A stretch of 64,000 nt of DNA, taken from positions 11,032-75,031 of the IMG/VR virus record IMGVR_UViG_2896216315_000003; one strand, 5' to 3'. The stretch's first letter is position 1. Each line of letters opens with the position of its first letter. The position numbers and the translations under genes are program-made. This document shows, in pieces, positions 29,218 to 37,871 of this stretch. Source of the DNA: a virus. The notes under the pieces are model-generated. The model was not told the DNA's origin. It ran no database searches and was given only the letters and a program-made list of their open reading frames with translations.

Positions 29218-29690
29218 AAAAAAATACCGCCATGACGGAGGCGGTAAGGGAATCTTGATGAGTGATTTAATTGTAATAATAAGTATCAGCTTTTTAACAT
29301 AGTTAATGAACATAAATCAATATCGAATGTTTAATAAACCAGACCTGGTAATAAAAAAATTGCCGACACGGATTGGGCGGCAAATTGTGTAGGGATATTT
29401 ATAGTTTCTCTGTGTAAGCAATTTAAGCATAGTTAAGGCATGGAATTTAGCAAGGAAGCTAGATAAAAAAATGCCGACACAGGGAGGTCGGCGAAAATTG
29501 CACAGCTTGTTACTACTCTTTCGGGGTTAAGTGTAGAAGGTAAATAAGTGTTTGCCATGAAACGTTTTAATCCTAGCGATTAAATAGATGCAATGAATAA
29601 AAAAATGCCGACACAGGAAGCATCGGCGAGGACTACAAAAATAATTAGAAAGTTCAAATTAACTATAGGTTATAAATTAAAAACAATGAT
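29218..29690 (-). ncRNA. Array of four putative sRNA units (variable 5' region, conserved hairpin terminator)
   Basis: Hairpins at 29225-29246, 29360-29383, 29472-29493, 29606-29628, each followed by T7 on minus; -10 boxes at 29296, 29426, 29530, 29662. Confidence 0.7.
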
Positions 29691-29726
29691 GAATTATTTT
29701 AATCATATCGATTAAATAGATGCAAT
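29565..29726 (+). repeat. 30-bp direct repeat flanking array unit 4
   Basis: TTTTAATCcTAgCGATTAAATAGATGCAAT (29565-29594) vs TTTTAATCaTAtCGATTAAATAGATGCAAT (29697-29726). Confidence 0.9.
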
Positions 29727-29739
29727 AAGAGGAATGAAT

Positions 29740-29913
29740 ATGAGTAAGCAAATGATGTTATATGCAAGAACGAACAACCAAGGTTCAACGTGCAGCACTG
29801 ACATTGGTTACACAGAATCGGAATGGGCGAAATTATCTGAGGATGAAAGGCTAGAAATTATAGCTGAATATACGGGTGATGTTGTTGATTTATGGGTTCA
29901 GCCAGAGGAATAA
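29740..29913 (+). CDS. 57-aa acidic hypothetical protein
   Basis: Manual translation MSKQMMLYARTNNQGS...; AGAGG RBS. Confidence 0.7.
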   Translation: MSKQMMLYARTNNQGSTCSTDIGYTESEWAKLSEDERLEIIAEYTGDVVDLWVQPEE

Positions 29914-29923
29914 AGGTGGGGTG

Positions 29924-30292
29924 ATGGATAAATCAAGACAGCAATTTGAAGCGGAAATAAAGTCACTTAGCGACCCGTCAGAATTTGAATTAAAACTTAA
30001 ACGTGCAAATAACGGATCAAATTACGCTGACCAATATGTAGATTTAATGTGGATTAGTTGGCAAGCATCACGAGAGAGTTTAATTAATAGCTTACCAGAA
30101 AGCATTAATTGCCCTACCGCACCAGAATTAATATGGCTACAGGTTGACCCTGAACCAGAGGAGATAAATAAACCTGTATATCCAGTTAATTTATATAGCG
30201 GCGATGTAACTTGGAGTTCGAGCAGGGAGTTCCCAACTGACACCTTATATGTTCGGGCTGATTTTTTACTTCAATCCGTAAAACAGTGCTAA
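29924..30292 (+). CDS. Ea-region-like hypothetical protein
   Basis: MDKSRQQFE...WQASR and CPTAPELIWLQ...DTLYVRAD modules typical of lambdoid early-left regions. Confidence 0.7.
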   Translation: MDKSRQQFEAEIKSLSDPSEFELKLKRANNGSNYADQYVDLMWISWQASRESLINSLPESINCPTAPELIWLQVDPEPEEINKPVYPVNLYSGDVTWSSSREFPTDTLYVRADFLLQSVKQC

Positions 30293-30406
30293 GAGCACCA
30301 AAACAGAAAGCATGATTATAGCCAAAGCGCCAATGAGACAGCTAATACCCCTAAATAGACAAGATGCCACATCAATCCAGGTTGTATTTTCTTTATTGCG
30401 TCTCAT
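30266..30406 (-). CDS. 46-aa antisense single-TM moron peptide
   Basis: AAGGAGG RBS; TTGCTA-N18-TATATT promoter at 30452-30481. Confidence 0.65.
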   Translation of the reverse strand: MRRNKENTTWIDVASCLFRGISCLIGALAIIMLSVLVLLALFYGLK

Positions 30407-30480
30407 TTTAGCCTCCTTGGCACAAGTTACTAAATTAAATAACTGAAATTTAATATACACCCCATAGATAAGGACTAGCA

Positions 30481-31050
30481 ATGAAATATAAACACTTAAT
30501 GGTAGATCTAGAAACTATGAGCAATAAAGGCAATGCCGCTATTGTGTCCATTGGTGCTGTGACTTTTGAACCAACAACGGGTGAGATTGGCCCTACATTT
30601 TATAGTGTGGTTGATTTAAGAAGTTGCGAACGTGCGGGTCTTCATATCGATGCTGATACCGTCCTTTGGTGGATAAAGCAAAGCGCTGAAGCTAGATCGG
30701 AAATTGTTGGTGTTAGTTATGAGTTAGAAGAATCACTAGCCGACCTAAATCTTTTTGCCGAGAGAGTTCTAACTGATGATGTTCAGGTGTGGGGTAATGG
30801 CGTTGATTTTGACAATGTTATTTTGCGTAACGCATATGATGCTGTCGGTTTAGATCCGTTCTGGAAACATTGGAACAATCGCTGTGTTAGAACAATTGTA
30901 GAGCTAGGCCGTAATGCTGGTATTGATCCTAAGCGTACACTCGAATTTGAAGGAGAACAACACAATGCATTAGCTGATGCAATTCATCAAGCTAAGTATG
31001 TGTCTATTATCCACCAGCATTTAATTAAACCAGTTAACAACGATATTTAA
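30481..31050 (+). CDS. DEDDh 3'-5' exonuclease (DUF5051-like)
   Basis: HLMVDLET, WGNG..FD and HNALADA motifs. Confidence 0.9.
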   Translation: MKYKHLMVDLETMSNKGNAAIVSIGAVTFEPTTGEIGPTFYSVVDLRSCERAGLHIDADTVLWWIKQSAEARSEIVGVSYELEESLADLNLFAERVLTDDVQVWGNGVDFDNVILRNAYDAVGLDPFWKHWNNRCVRTIVELGRNAGIDPKRTLEFEGEQHNALADAIHQAKYVSIIHQHLIKPVNNDI

Positions 31051-31086
31051 TTTTTAAGTCTGTATGCGGCAGATGTGGAGATAATT

Positions 31087-31299
31087 ATGAATACAAGCCT
31101 TTCGGTTGAATGCTTGCCAATTTCAAAGTACTGCGAGTTATTTGGCGAGACAACAGATGCAATCAATAAGCGGTTACAAAGGCTAGTCTGGCATGAGGGA
31201 GTTCACGTATTGAAAATTGAAGGCGTAAAAGAACGCTGGATTGATATAAAGGAAGTCAATAAATGGGCCAGACAAAACAAATCCTCCCTCGCGGAGTAA
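31087..31299 (+). CDS. xis: Excisionase
   Basis: Small HTH-like protein overlapping the int start; ERWIDIKEVNKWAR. Confidence 0.82.
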   Translation: MNTSLSVECLPISKYCELFGETTDAINKRLQRLVWHEGVHVLKIEGVKERWIDIKEVNKWARQNKSSLAE

Positions 31300-32432
31300 T
31301 GATCCGAAAACATAAATCAGGGGAAACAATCAATATTTCATTTACATTTAAAGGGGTTCACTGTAGAGAGCCCCTATCTAATCTTGAAGTTAACCCTAAA
31401 AACATAAAATATGCAGAACGTTTATTAGGCGAAATATATAACAAAATTGAAAAAGGTATTTTTTCTTATGTTGAATATTTTCCTAAATCATCAAAATTAA
31501 AAATATTTGGAAATAAACATAAAGGAAGAAATATAAATGAATATCTGGACGAATATTTAGATATTTGCGAAACAAGAGGTTTATCCCCCTCTACAATTGG
31601 TGGATATAAAAAATGTAAAAGCGCCCTCTCTACTCTGCATGATTTATCAGTAGTTGATTTGACGCCCGGCATATTAAAAACATGGATCCAAAAACAAAAA
31701 ACATCATTAAAGACAATTAGAAACCAGCTGTCATTTTTACGTAGTGCATTAGATGAAGCGGTAACCGATGGTTTAATTACATCCAATCCTGCAAATATGG
31801 TAACAGCATCAAGATATCAATCTAAAAGTAGTCCATCAGATAGTGACTACATTGTGGATCCTTTAACGCCAGAGGAAGTAGCTGCTATATATAGTGCAGT
31901 AAGGTATGACCAATGGAAAAATTTATTCCAGTTTGCAATTAATACCGGGCTACGTAGTTCTGAATTATGTGCGCTTAGCTGGGGCGATATTGATTTCATA
32001 GGCAGGACTGCGCACGTACAAGCAGCTAGTGTTGTTGGAATCATTAAAGGTACAAAAACAAAAGCAGGAACGCGGATCGTAGAATTAAACGAAGATGCTA
32101 TGACTGCACTTAACAATCAAAAGTCATTTACTTTTTTAAAAAATGAAACCATTTTCGAAGATCCAAAAACAAATAAAGCATGGGCTGGTGCAGATGCAAT
32201 TCGAAAAAAGGCATGGGTACCAACATTGCAAAAAGCAGGTGTTAGATATCGGAATCCATACCAGACCCGACACACATTTGCGATTAAGCATATTAGTAAC
32301 GGTGTTAACCTATTTTGGCTGGCTTCACAGATGGGACATAAAGGCCCTGAAATGCTGTTTAGGCATTACGGTGCATACTTAAAAGAGTACGATGGCAACA
32401 CTTCGATTTTAAAGAGAGTAGACACTAAATAG
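31263..32432 (+). CDS. int: Tyrosine integrase with arm-binding domain
   Basis: TGLRSSEL, YQTRHTFA, QMGH and RHY catalytic motifs. Confidence 0.96.
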   Translation: MGQTKQILPRGVMIRKHKSGETINISFTFKGVHCREPLSNLEVNPKNIKYAERLLGEIYNKIEKGIFSYVEYFPKSSKLKIFGNKHKGRNINEYLDEYLDICETRGLSPSTIGGYKKCKSALSTLHDLSVVDLTPGILKTWIQKQKTSLKTIRNQLSFLRSALDEAVTDGLITSNPANMVTASRYQSKSSPSDSDYIVDPLTPEEVAAIYSAVRYDQWKNLFQFAINTGLRSSELCALSWGDIDFIGRTAHVQAASVVGIIKGTKTKAGTRIVELNEDAMTALNNQKSFTFLKNETIFEDPKTNKAWAGADAIRKKAWVPTLQKAGVRYRNPYQTRHTFAIKHISNGVNLFWLASQMGHKGPEMLFRHYGAYLKEYDGNTSILKRVDTK

Positions 32433-32526
32433 CCACTGCTAGGACTACGGTTAAGCCGCAAATCATGCGCAGGGCAATATTTATCTAATTACCATTTATA
32501 TAACAATAGGTTAAGTAATTCAAGAT

Positions 32527-32554
32527 GCGGGTTCAACTCCCGCCAGCTCCACCA
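32527..32554 (+). other. ssrA: att core: 3' end fragment of tmRNA
   Basis: GCGGGTTCAACTCCCGCCAGCTCCACCA matches the enterobacterial tmRNA T-arm/acceptor/CCA end; no tmRNA body upstream. Confidence 0.9.
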
Positions 32555-32681
32555 AATTTGGTGGGTCAGTGATAGGACAACAGGTTTAAAAACAGGAAGT
32601 TAGCAAAATCAGTTGGACTAGACACTGGCAACATTAAGACTAGAAAGTGCACGTGAAATGCACGCGCATTTGAAAGTTACT

Positions 32682-32706
32682 AAAAGCCCACTTCGCTGGG
32701 CTTTTT
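32682..32706 (+). terminator. Terminator after att
   Basis: AAAGCCCA-CTTCGC-TGGGCTTTTT. Confidence 0.7.
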
Positions 32707-32912
32707 CTTTTCTTACTAAAATCGCAAAAACTCTCCCTGATGCTTTTTCACTTATCCTTATACTCAGTCATTTAAGAAAATTTGATGTAAATGGAATCCA
32801 CTGTACACCACTATTTTGTGATTAACCACTCAAGCACTCACCTTTACTCATTGTTAGTGTGTCACTTTGGTATTATAATTGATAAAATATATTAATTAAT
32901 GAGATTTTATTA

Positions 32913-34451
32913 ATGCATTCAGCTTTACGCCGTTTAAAAAATACTACCACCCATAAAACCATCATTTTATTTCTATTTGTTTGCTTATCTCATTTTGCCC
33001 TTGGCTACGAATTTAAACTAATTTATGCATTTGCTGTATTCTTTTTTTTATTATCAATAAACAATATAAAATTTATATATATCCCTTTAATCATCGGATT
33101 ATCTATTGTTTCAGCTATATACTTCCCTATTGCTATGCTTTATGGAGAGCCAAATTTTAATATTGCAATTGCCATACTCTATACAGATAAACAAGAGTCT
33201 TTAGAGTTTATTTCCAATATTCCTTATTACTATTATATAGTTTCTATTATAATTTTTATTCTAGGTTATTTATTAACAAGGAATAATTTTGACATTCCTA
33301 AGAAAAGCAAAGCACTCTTTACTTTATTTTTTATAACTATTTTGTTTCAAGGCCCCGTAAAAGATTCTTTTAGCAACAACCAATTCTCATTATTAAACAC
33401 AGGTATTCCTGAAGTTAAATTTATAAAACAATCAATAGAAGCAATAATATCAACAGTTGAAGAAAATAAACGATTTAACGACATGATGTCGAAAATTGAT
33501 AGCTATCCTCAATTATTTAGTCAAGGTGATTATGATACTTATGTCGTTGTTATAGGCGAAAGTGTTAGAAAAGACTTCTTACACTCCTATGGATTTGAAC
33601 GACAAAACACACCTTTTTTGGACAGCGTAAATGGAAAGATTTTTACTAATGTAATATCACCTGCATCAGCAACAGTCAGGTCATTAACGCATACTATTTC
33701 AGAGAACATAAAAGTACAAAATAATATTATAACGTTAGCCAAGAAGGCAGGATTTTACACCTATTGGATATCAAACCAAGGCTCTGTTAGCGGTGCAGAC
33801 ACGCCTGTCGCTAGCATTGGCAAACGAGCTGACACGCCAATATTTATCAAAAAAGGGTCATTTACCTCAAATGAATTAGATAGCGAACTTATACCCTATA
33901 TTGATAAAGCTATCAAACAACCTGCCAAAGGGAAAAAACTTATTGTTATTCATTTAATGGGAAGTCATACACCCGCATGTAAAAGAACGAACGATAAGTA
34001 TGATGAATTTTATCTCAGTAAAAGAGTCTCTTGTTATGTACAATCAGTGAAGGAAACTGACCGTCTATTACACCATATATTTAATGATCTCAAATCCAGC
34101 AATGAAAAATGGTCAATGCTATACTTTGCAGATCATGGTGTTTCTTTTTCAAACCAGAATACCCCATCTAAGCTCGATTTAGTTCATGGTGATGAATATC
34201 AAGAAAATTACTCTATCCCATTTTTTATTACGTCATATAATGACAAAGATAGAGAGTATATTACCGCAAGAATGAGTGGCACGAGCTTCTTATCACTATA
34301 TTCTGAATGGCTTGGTATAGATATGTATCAAAAACCGAACTGTAAATTTATTTCAAATCAAGACTGCAAGTACAGTAATAGTGTTTTGAATTTTGAAAAT
34401 AAAATTATAGAATTTGATAAACTTGCAAGAGATCCAATACCTAAACATTAA
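32913..34451 (+). CDS. Phosphoethanolamine transferase (EptA/OpgE/YbiP superfamily) moron
   Basis: N-terminal TMs, VIGESVR, catalytic T..SL, HLMGSH, YFADHG and LVHG motifs. Confidence 0.9.
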   Translation: MHSALRRLKNTTTHKTIILFLFVCLSHFALGYEFKLIYAFAVFFFLLSINNIKFIYIPLIIGLSIVSAIYFPIAMLYGEPNFNIAIAILYTDKQESLEFISNIPYYYYIVSIIIFILGYLLTRNNFDIPKKSKALFTLFFITILFQGPVKDSFSNNQFSLLNTGIPEVKFIKQSIEAIISTVEENKRFNDMMSKIDSYPQLFSQGDYDTYVVVIGESVRKDFLHSYGFERQNTPFLDSVNGKIFTNVISPASATVRSLTHTISENIKVQNNIITLAKKAGFYTYWISNQGSVSGADTPVASIGKRADTPIFIKKGSFTSNELDSELIPYIDKAIKQPAKGKKLIVIHLMGSHTPACKRTNDKYDEFYLSKRVSCYVQSVKETDRLLHHIFNDLKSSNEKWSMLYFADHGVSFSNQNTPSKLDLVHGDEYQENYSIPFFITSYNDKDREYITARMSGTSFLSLYSEWLGIDMYQKPNCKFISNQDCKYSNSVLNFENKIIEFDKLARDPIPKH

Positions 34452-34489
34452 TCGCTAATTGGGGCTAAATGCCCCATTAATAATATCAA

Positions 34490-36022
34490 TTAACTTAGGC
34501 GATACCACCCCATCAACATAATATAAGCGTTAGTTATATTTACAGCTGCACCGTTTCCCACGTTACCTATCGTTCCTGTCACTGTATGACTATGTGCTCC
34601 ACTATTCGATGTATCGCCAGTCCATGCATTAGCAGCACTCATATTAATCTGAGTTACATCCGCATTAACAACACCAGAAGCGGTATTTACTTTAAGACTT
34701 CGTGTCGCTTTACTGAATGCGCCGGAAGCAAAGCCCGGTGCTTGTGATTCTGATTTTCCCCCACCAAGAGCCAATGAGCCTGTTATGTTCATTGTTCCCC
34801 TATTATGAGTATGCCCTCCCGCAGAGGATGTTGAACCTGAGAAACTATGGCTATGAGCTGGCATATGTGAAGCCGTTAACGTCACTGAATCTGAGCCACC
34901 GGTTGTTAACACATTCGCACCACTTGCAGCAGCTAAACGAATGGTTTTATTTTCGCCGATGTACTGCCATTTCGTACCAGGGAATAAGGTATTGGGGTTC
35001 TTATTTTGTGCAAACCACACAACAATACCAATAGGGTAAATGGTATTAAGATTGACCGCGTTTTGTAATGCATCGGTGACAGCCTTCTGGCTCATCACGC
35101 TCGTTGTTGAACCGCCCGTTGATTGGGTGACACTGCTCGTATTGAGCTTAGTATTAAGTCCGTTATTAAGCGCTGTGTTTGTTGCATAATCCCCCGATGG
35201 TTGATAACTGCCTTTTGGCTGATATCGTGTATCCCCTTCCGCTTTGGTGTAACTTTCACCTTTAAGCGCATAATTACCCGCCGGGGCATAATTGCCCTTA
35301 GGTTGATAGTTGGTGTCTGACTCGGCTTTCGAATAGCTATAACCTGCCGCTTGATAGCTGCCTTTAGGTTGATACTTACCATCGGTCTCAGCCTTGGTAT
35401 AGCTATCCCCTTTTAAAGCATAGTCACCTGATGGCTGATAACTGCCTTTCGGCTGGTATCGCCCATCGCCCTCAGCTTTAGTGTAGCTTTCACCTTTAAG
35501 TGCGTAGTTGCCTGCGGGGGCATAGTTACCTTTGGGTTGATAATTGGTGTCAGATTCTGCTTTAGAGTAGCTGTAGCCTGCGGGCTGATAGTTGCCTAAT
35601 GGCTGGAAACGCTTGTCAGACTCCGTTTTGGTATACACATTGATATCACCGGCACTTAAATCGGCTTTCAGTTCCTGCCATGCTGTACCTGCGACAGGTT
35701 CAACATTGTTATTTTCAATCTTCGACTGCCACGTTTTGTTTTTATGATAAACAATTGCGCGGATCGGGTATGGCTTACCTTCTGTCGCCCACTTAGGAAA
35801 ACCAAAGCTCTGCAACTCGCCAATGGCTTCAGTGATATCGTGAAACATGCCGTTCATCTTCTCACGTTCGATATCTTTCGCGGCAGGGTCAGTTTGTTGG
35901 TCACGCTCATAATCGTAACTATAGCCTTGCGTGTAAGAAACCGCGCCATCGGCTTGCACGTCATCGGGAATAGAAGTCCTGTCCCCTTGTGTTGCAAAGG
36001 GGATTTTAAAGATTTTTGTCAT
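34490..36022 (-). CDS. Tail fibre protein
   Basis: IPFATQGDR N-terminus, YQPKG repeats, IYPIG and HSH motifs. Confidence 0.88.
   Translation of the reverse strand: MTKIFKIPFATQGDRTSIPDDVQADGAVSYTQGYSYDYERDQQTDPAAKDIEREKMNGMFHDITEAIGELQSFGFPKWATEGKPYPIRAIVYHKNKTWQSKIENNNVEPVAGTAWQELKADLSAGDINVYTKTESDKRFQPLGNYQPAGYSYSKAESDTNYQPKGNYAPAGNYALKGESYTKAEGDGRYQPKGSYQPSGDYALKGDSYTKAETDGKYQPKGSYQAAGYSYSKAESDTNYQPKGNYAPAGNYALKGESYTKAEGDTRYQPKGSYQPSGDYATNTALNNGLNTKLNTSSVTQSTGGSTTSVMSQKAVTDALQNAVNLNTIYPIGIVVWFAQNKNPNTLFPGTKWQYIGENKTIRLAAASGANVLTTGGSDSVTLTASHMPAHSHSFSGSTSSAGGHTHNRGTMNITGSLALGGGKSESQAPGFASGAFSKATRSLKVNTASGVVNADVTQINMSAANAWTGDTSNSGAHSHTVTGTIGNVGNGAAVNITNAYIMLMGWYRLS
35185..35625 (-). repeat. 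Intragenic repeats in tail fibre (YQPKGxY..AG / SYTKAE.D)
   Basis: Two near-identical ~53-aa blocks plus partial units. Confidence 0.9.
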
Positions 36023-36027
36023 GAGTT

Positions 36028-36687
36028 TTAGGCTCCGAAATTACTGCTAAGGAAGTTTTTACGATGTTGGCCGTGACCGAAAGCTTTCTTCGTCACGATA
36101 CGGTATTTAACACCCACACCCGATGGGCGAGGCATAAGATCAAAGTTTTCAAGAAGAACCCGTAAACGTTCGTCCGGGTTGAAATTAAACACGTAATACA
36201 AATAGGTCATATCCAGCGGATCAAGCACGAATACTTTGCTGTCCGCTTGCCAAAAGAAGCGTTTAAGAAATTCGTTAATATTGGTGACCGTTGGGCTTTG
36301 CGTGAGGTTGAAATAGCGCATACGCACGATGAGACGTTTTTGGTCGACTGTCAGCGATAGAGTGTAATCGGCATTACGCCGAAAGTTGCCTTTGAAATTG
36401 GCATTCTTTTTACCAAAACCAAAGCCGATTTTTGTTTTATCACTAGGCGGGACATCAATCCCCAACGGCACATCGAGTATGCGCGCCCAAATATTCAACC
36501 CGAACTCATTCGCGGTATCGATATTGAACACGTCACGGTACCAATCGCACCAGAACTGAACCGTGGACTTATCGAAGTAGTCTGCTTTGTATTTAGCTAT
36601 TGCCTTGAGATTTTCCGCATCTTCATATTGCCAAAGGATCGCCTTTAATAAATCAGAGTGAAAATCAAACGATTGAATTTTGCTCAT
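36028..36687 (-). CDS. Baseplate protein (DUF2612-like)
   Basis: FNIDTA...GLNIWARIL; PRPSGV. Confidence 0.82.
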   Translation of the reverse strand: MSKIQSFDFHSDLLKAILWQYEDAENLKAIAKYKADYFDKSTVQFWCDWYRDVFNIDTANEFGLNIWARILDVPLGIDVPPSDKTKIGFGFGKKNANFKGNFRRNADYTLSLTVDQKRLIVRMRYFNLTQSPTVTNINEFLKRFFWQADSKVFVLDPLDMTYLYYVFNFNPDERLRVLLENFDLMPRPSGVGVKYRIVTKKAFGHGQHRKNFLSSNFGA

Positions 36688-37871
36688 ACCAGCACCACCT
36701 GTACCGCACTGCGTTTGAGCCTTGCCACCTCATTCATTTTGATTTCATAGTTATTTGATGACCAGGCTTTGCCATCGGTTGAAAGCTCGACACGTGTAAT
36801 AAATAAACGAGGCTCAACAGCATTGATACCGGCTGATATTTCGAAAGGTGATACATCACGCCCCACCACTAAACCGCCCTCACCATCGATATCCCCATTA
36901 GCCCATGACTCAACCGCGGCGGGAATAATGGTTTGTGCATCGACGGTGGCTTTTTTCACCGCTACTCGGCAGAACAACACAATTTCTTTCGCCCTATCGA
37001 ATTTAACGGGATAAATTTGGCCGCTGATAGTTTCCAATACCTCAACCTCTTCATTACCGTTAAAGTCGGCGCCAAGGGTTTTAGTACGTAGTAACGAACG
37101 TGCTATAGCCTCTTTATCGCCCCCTTCAACACACACATAAATGCTATGGGGAACTAACGTGATCCCATCAAAAATCATCGGTTGGTCTGTGTAATTTTCT
37201 CGATACGACAACGAACGTACCCCTTCCAATTCATACAATGCAGAGGTAATCGCCTCCCCCACACTGACGGTGTTTTTGGCTAACGTCTGCTTACGTCGTC
37301 GCCTTGATTGTAAGTCTGATTCAGCATCTCGCCCCAACACCGCATTGCTGGGGTTATGAACGGTTTCCCAACCTAATACCGAACTGGCCACTTTATTGAG
37401 TTGACCCACACCACACTCAACCGCTCCCGTTTCAATGGCGCGCATATCCCCAGTGACTGAGCCATCTTTACCGATAATTAAGGTTTTGGTTGTTTCGAAT
37501 AAGTCGCCATTCAGCGTGGCCGCTTGTGACCCCTTAGGGATGATAGTCTCGGCAATACCCGTGAATTTCACCTGTGATAAAAAGGAGTGAGTCGCATCAA
37601 GACGCTGCCCGCCCATTAAAGCCCATATTGCATCAAGGAAAATGCCACCGGCTAAATCGGGGTTAATTTGATTGGCCAACTCTGCATTATTGCGCACAAC
37701 GGCGTCCCGATTTTCGACCTCCATGGTGATCAATGCGCCTTGCGGGGTTTCGGGGTTAACATCCAGTTGCTGGCCAAAGACACTTTTAAATTCGTTTTCA
37801 ACGTCATCACGTAAGGTGCTGGTATCTGGCACAATTACACCCTGTGATGTGAGATATTGATAATCAGCCAT
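36684..37871 (-). CDS. Baseplate J-like wedge protein
   Basis: PETPQGALI, GRDAESD, PHSIYVCVEGG. Confidence 0.9.
   Translation of the reverse strand: MADYQYLTSQGVIVPDTSTLRDDVENEFKSVFGQQLDVNPETPQGALITMEVENRDAVVRNNAELANQINPDLAGGIFLDAIWALMGGQRLDATHSFLSQVKFTGIAETIIPKGSQAATLNGDLFETTKTLIIGKDGSVTGDMRAIETGAVECGVGQLNKVASSVLGWETVHNPSNAVLGRDAESDLQSRRRRKQTLAKNTVSVGEAITSALYELEGVRSLSYRENYTDQPMIFDGITLVPHSIYVCVEGGDKEAIARSLLRTKTLGADFNGNEEVEVLETISGQIYPVKFDRAKEIVLFCRVAVKKATVDAQTIIPAAVESWANGDIDGEGGLVVGRDVSPFEISAGINAVEPRLFITRVELSTDGKAWSSNNYEIKMNEVARLKRSAVQVVLV

Larger units (their letters stand above)
1..32554. mobile_element. Prophage 1, lambdoid siphovirus (left end outside window)
   Basis: Complete lambdoid gene order (tail, head, cos, lysis, Q, replication, cro/cI, early left, xis, int) ending at the ssrA 3' att copy. 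Confidence 0.95.

Noticed and set aside
29218..29690. CRISPR or TIGR-like guide array
   Set aside because: Repeats are degenerate, spacing is long and irregular, each unit has its own promoter and terminator, and no cas or Nop-domain gene is in the window.
32527..32554. Intact tRNA or tmRNA gene
   Set aside because: Only the T-arm/acceptor 3' strand is present; the upstream sequence is phage att arm and integrase.
32913..34451. mcr colistin resistance gene
   Set aside because: Shares only superfamily motifs; nothing I can see identifies it as MCR/EptA subfamily.
34452..36022. Invertible tail-fibre cassette or diversity-generating retroelement
   Set aside because: No invertase, reverse transcriptase, flanking inverted repeats or adenine-specific TR/VR pair; repeat differences are synonymous changes of all types.
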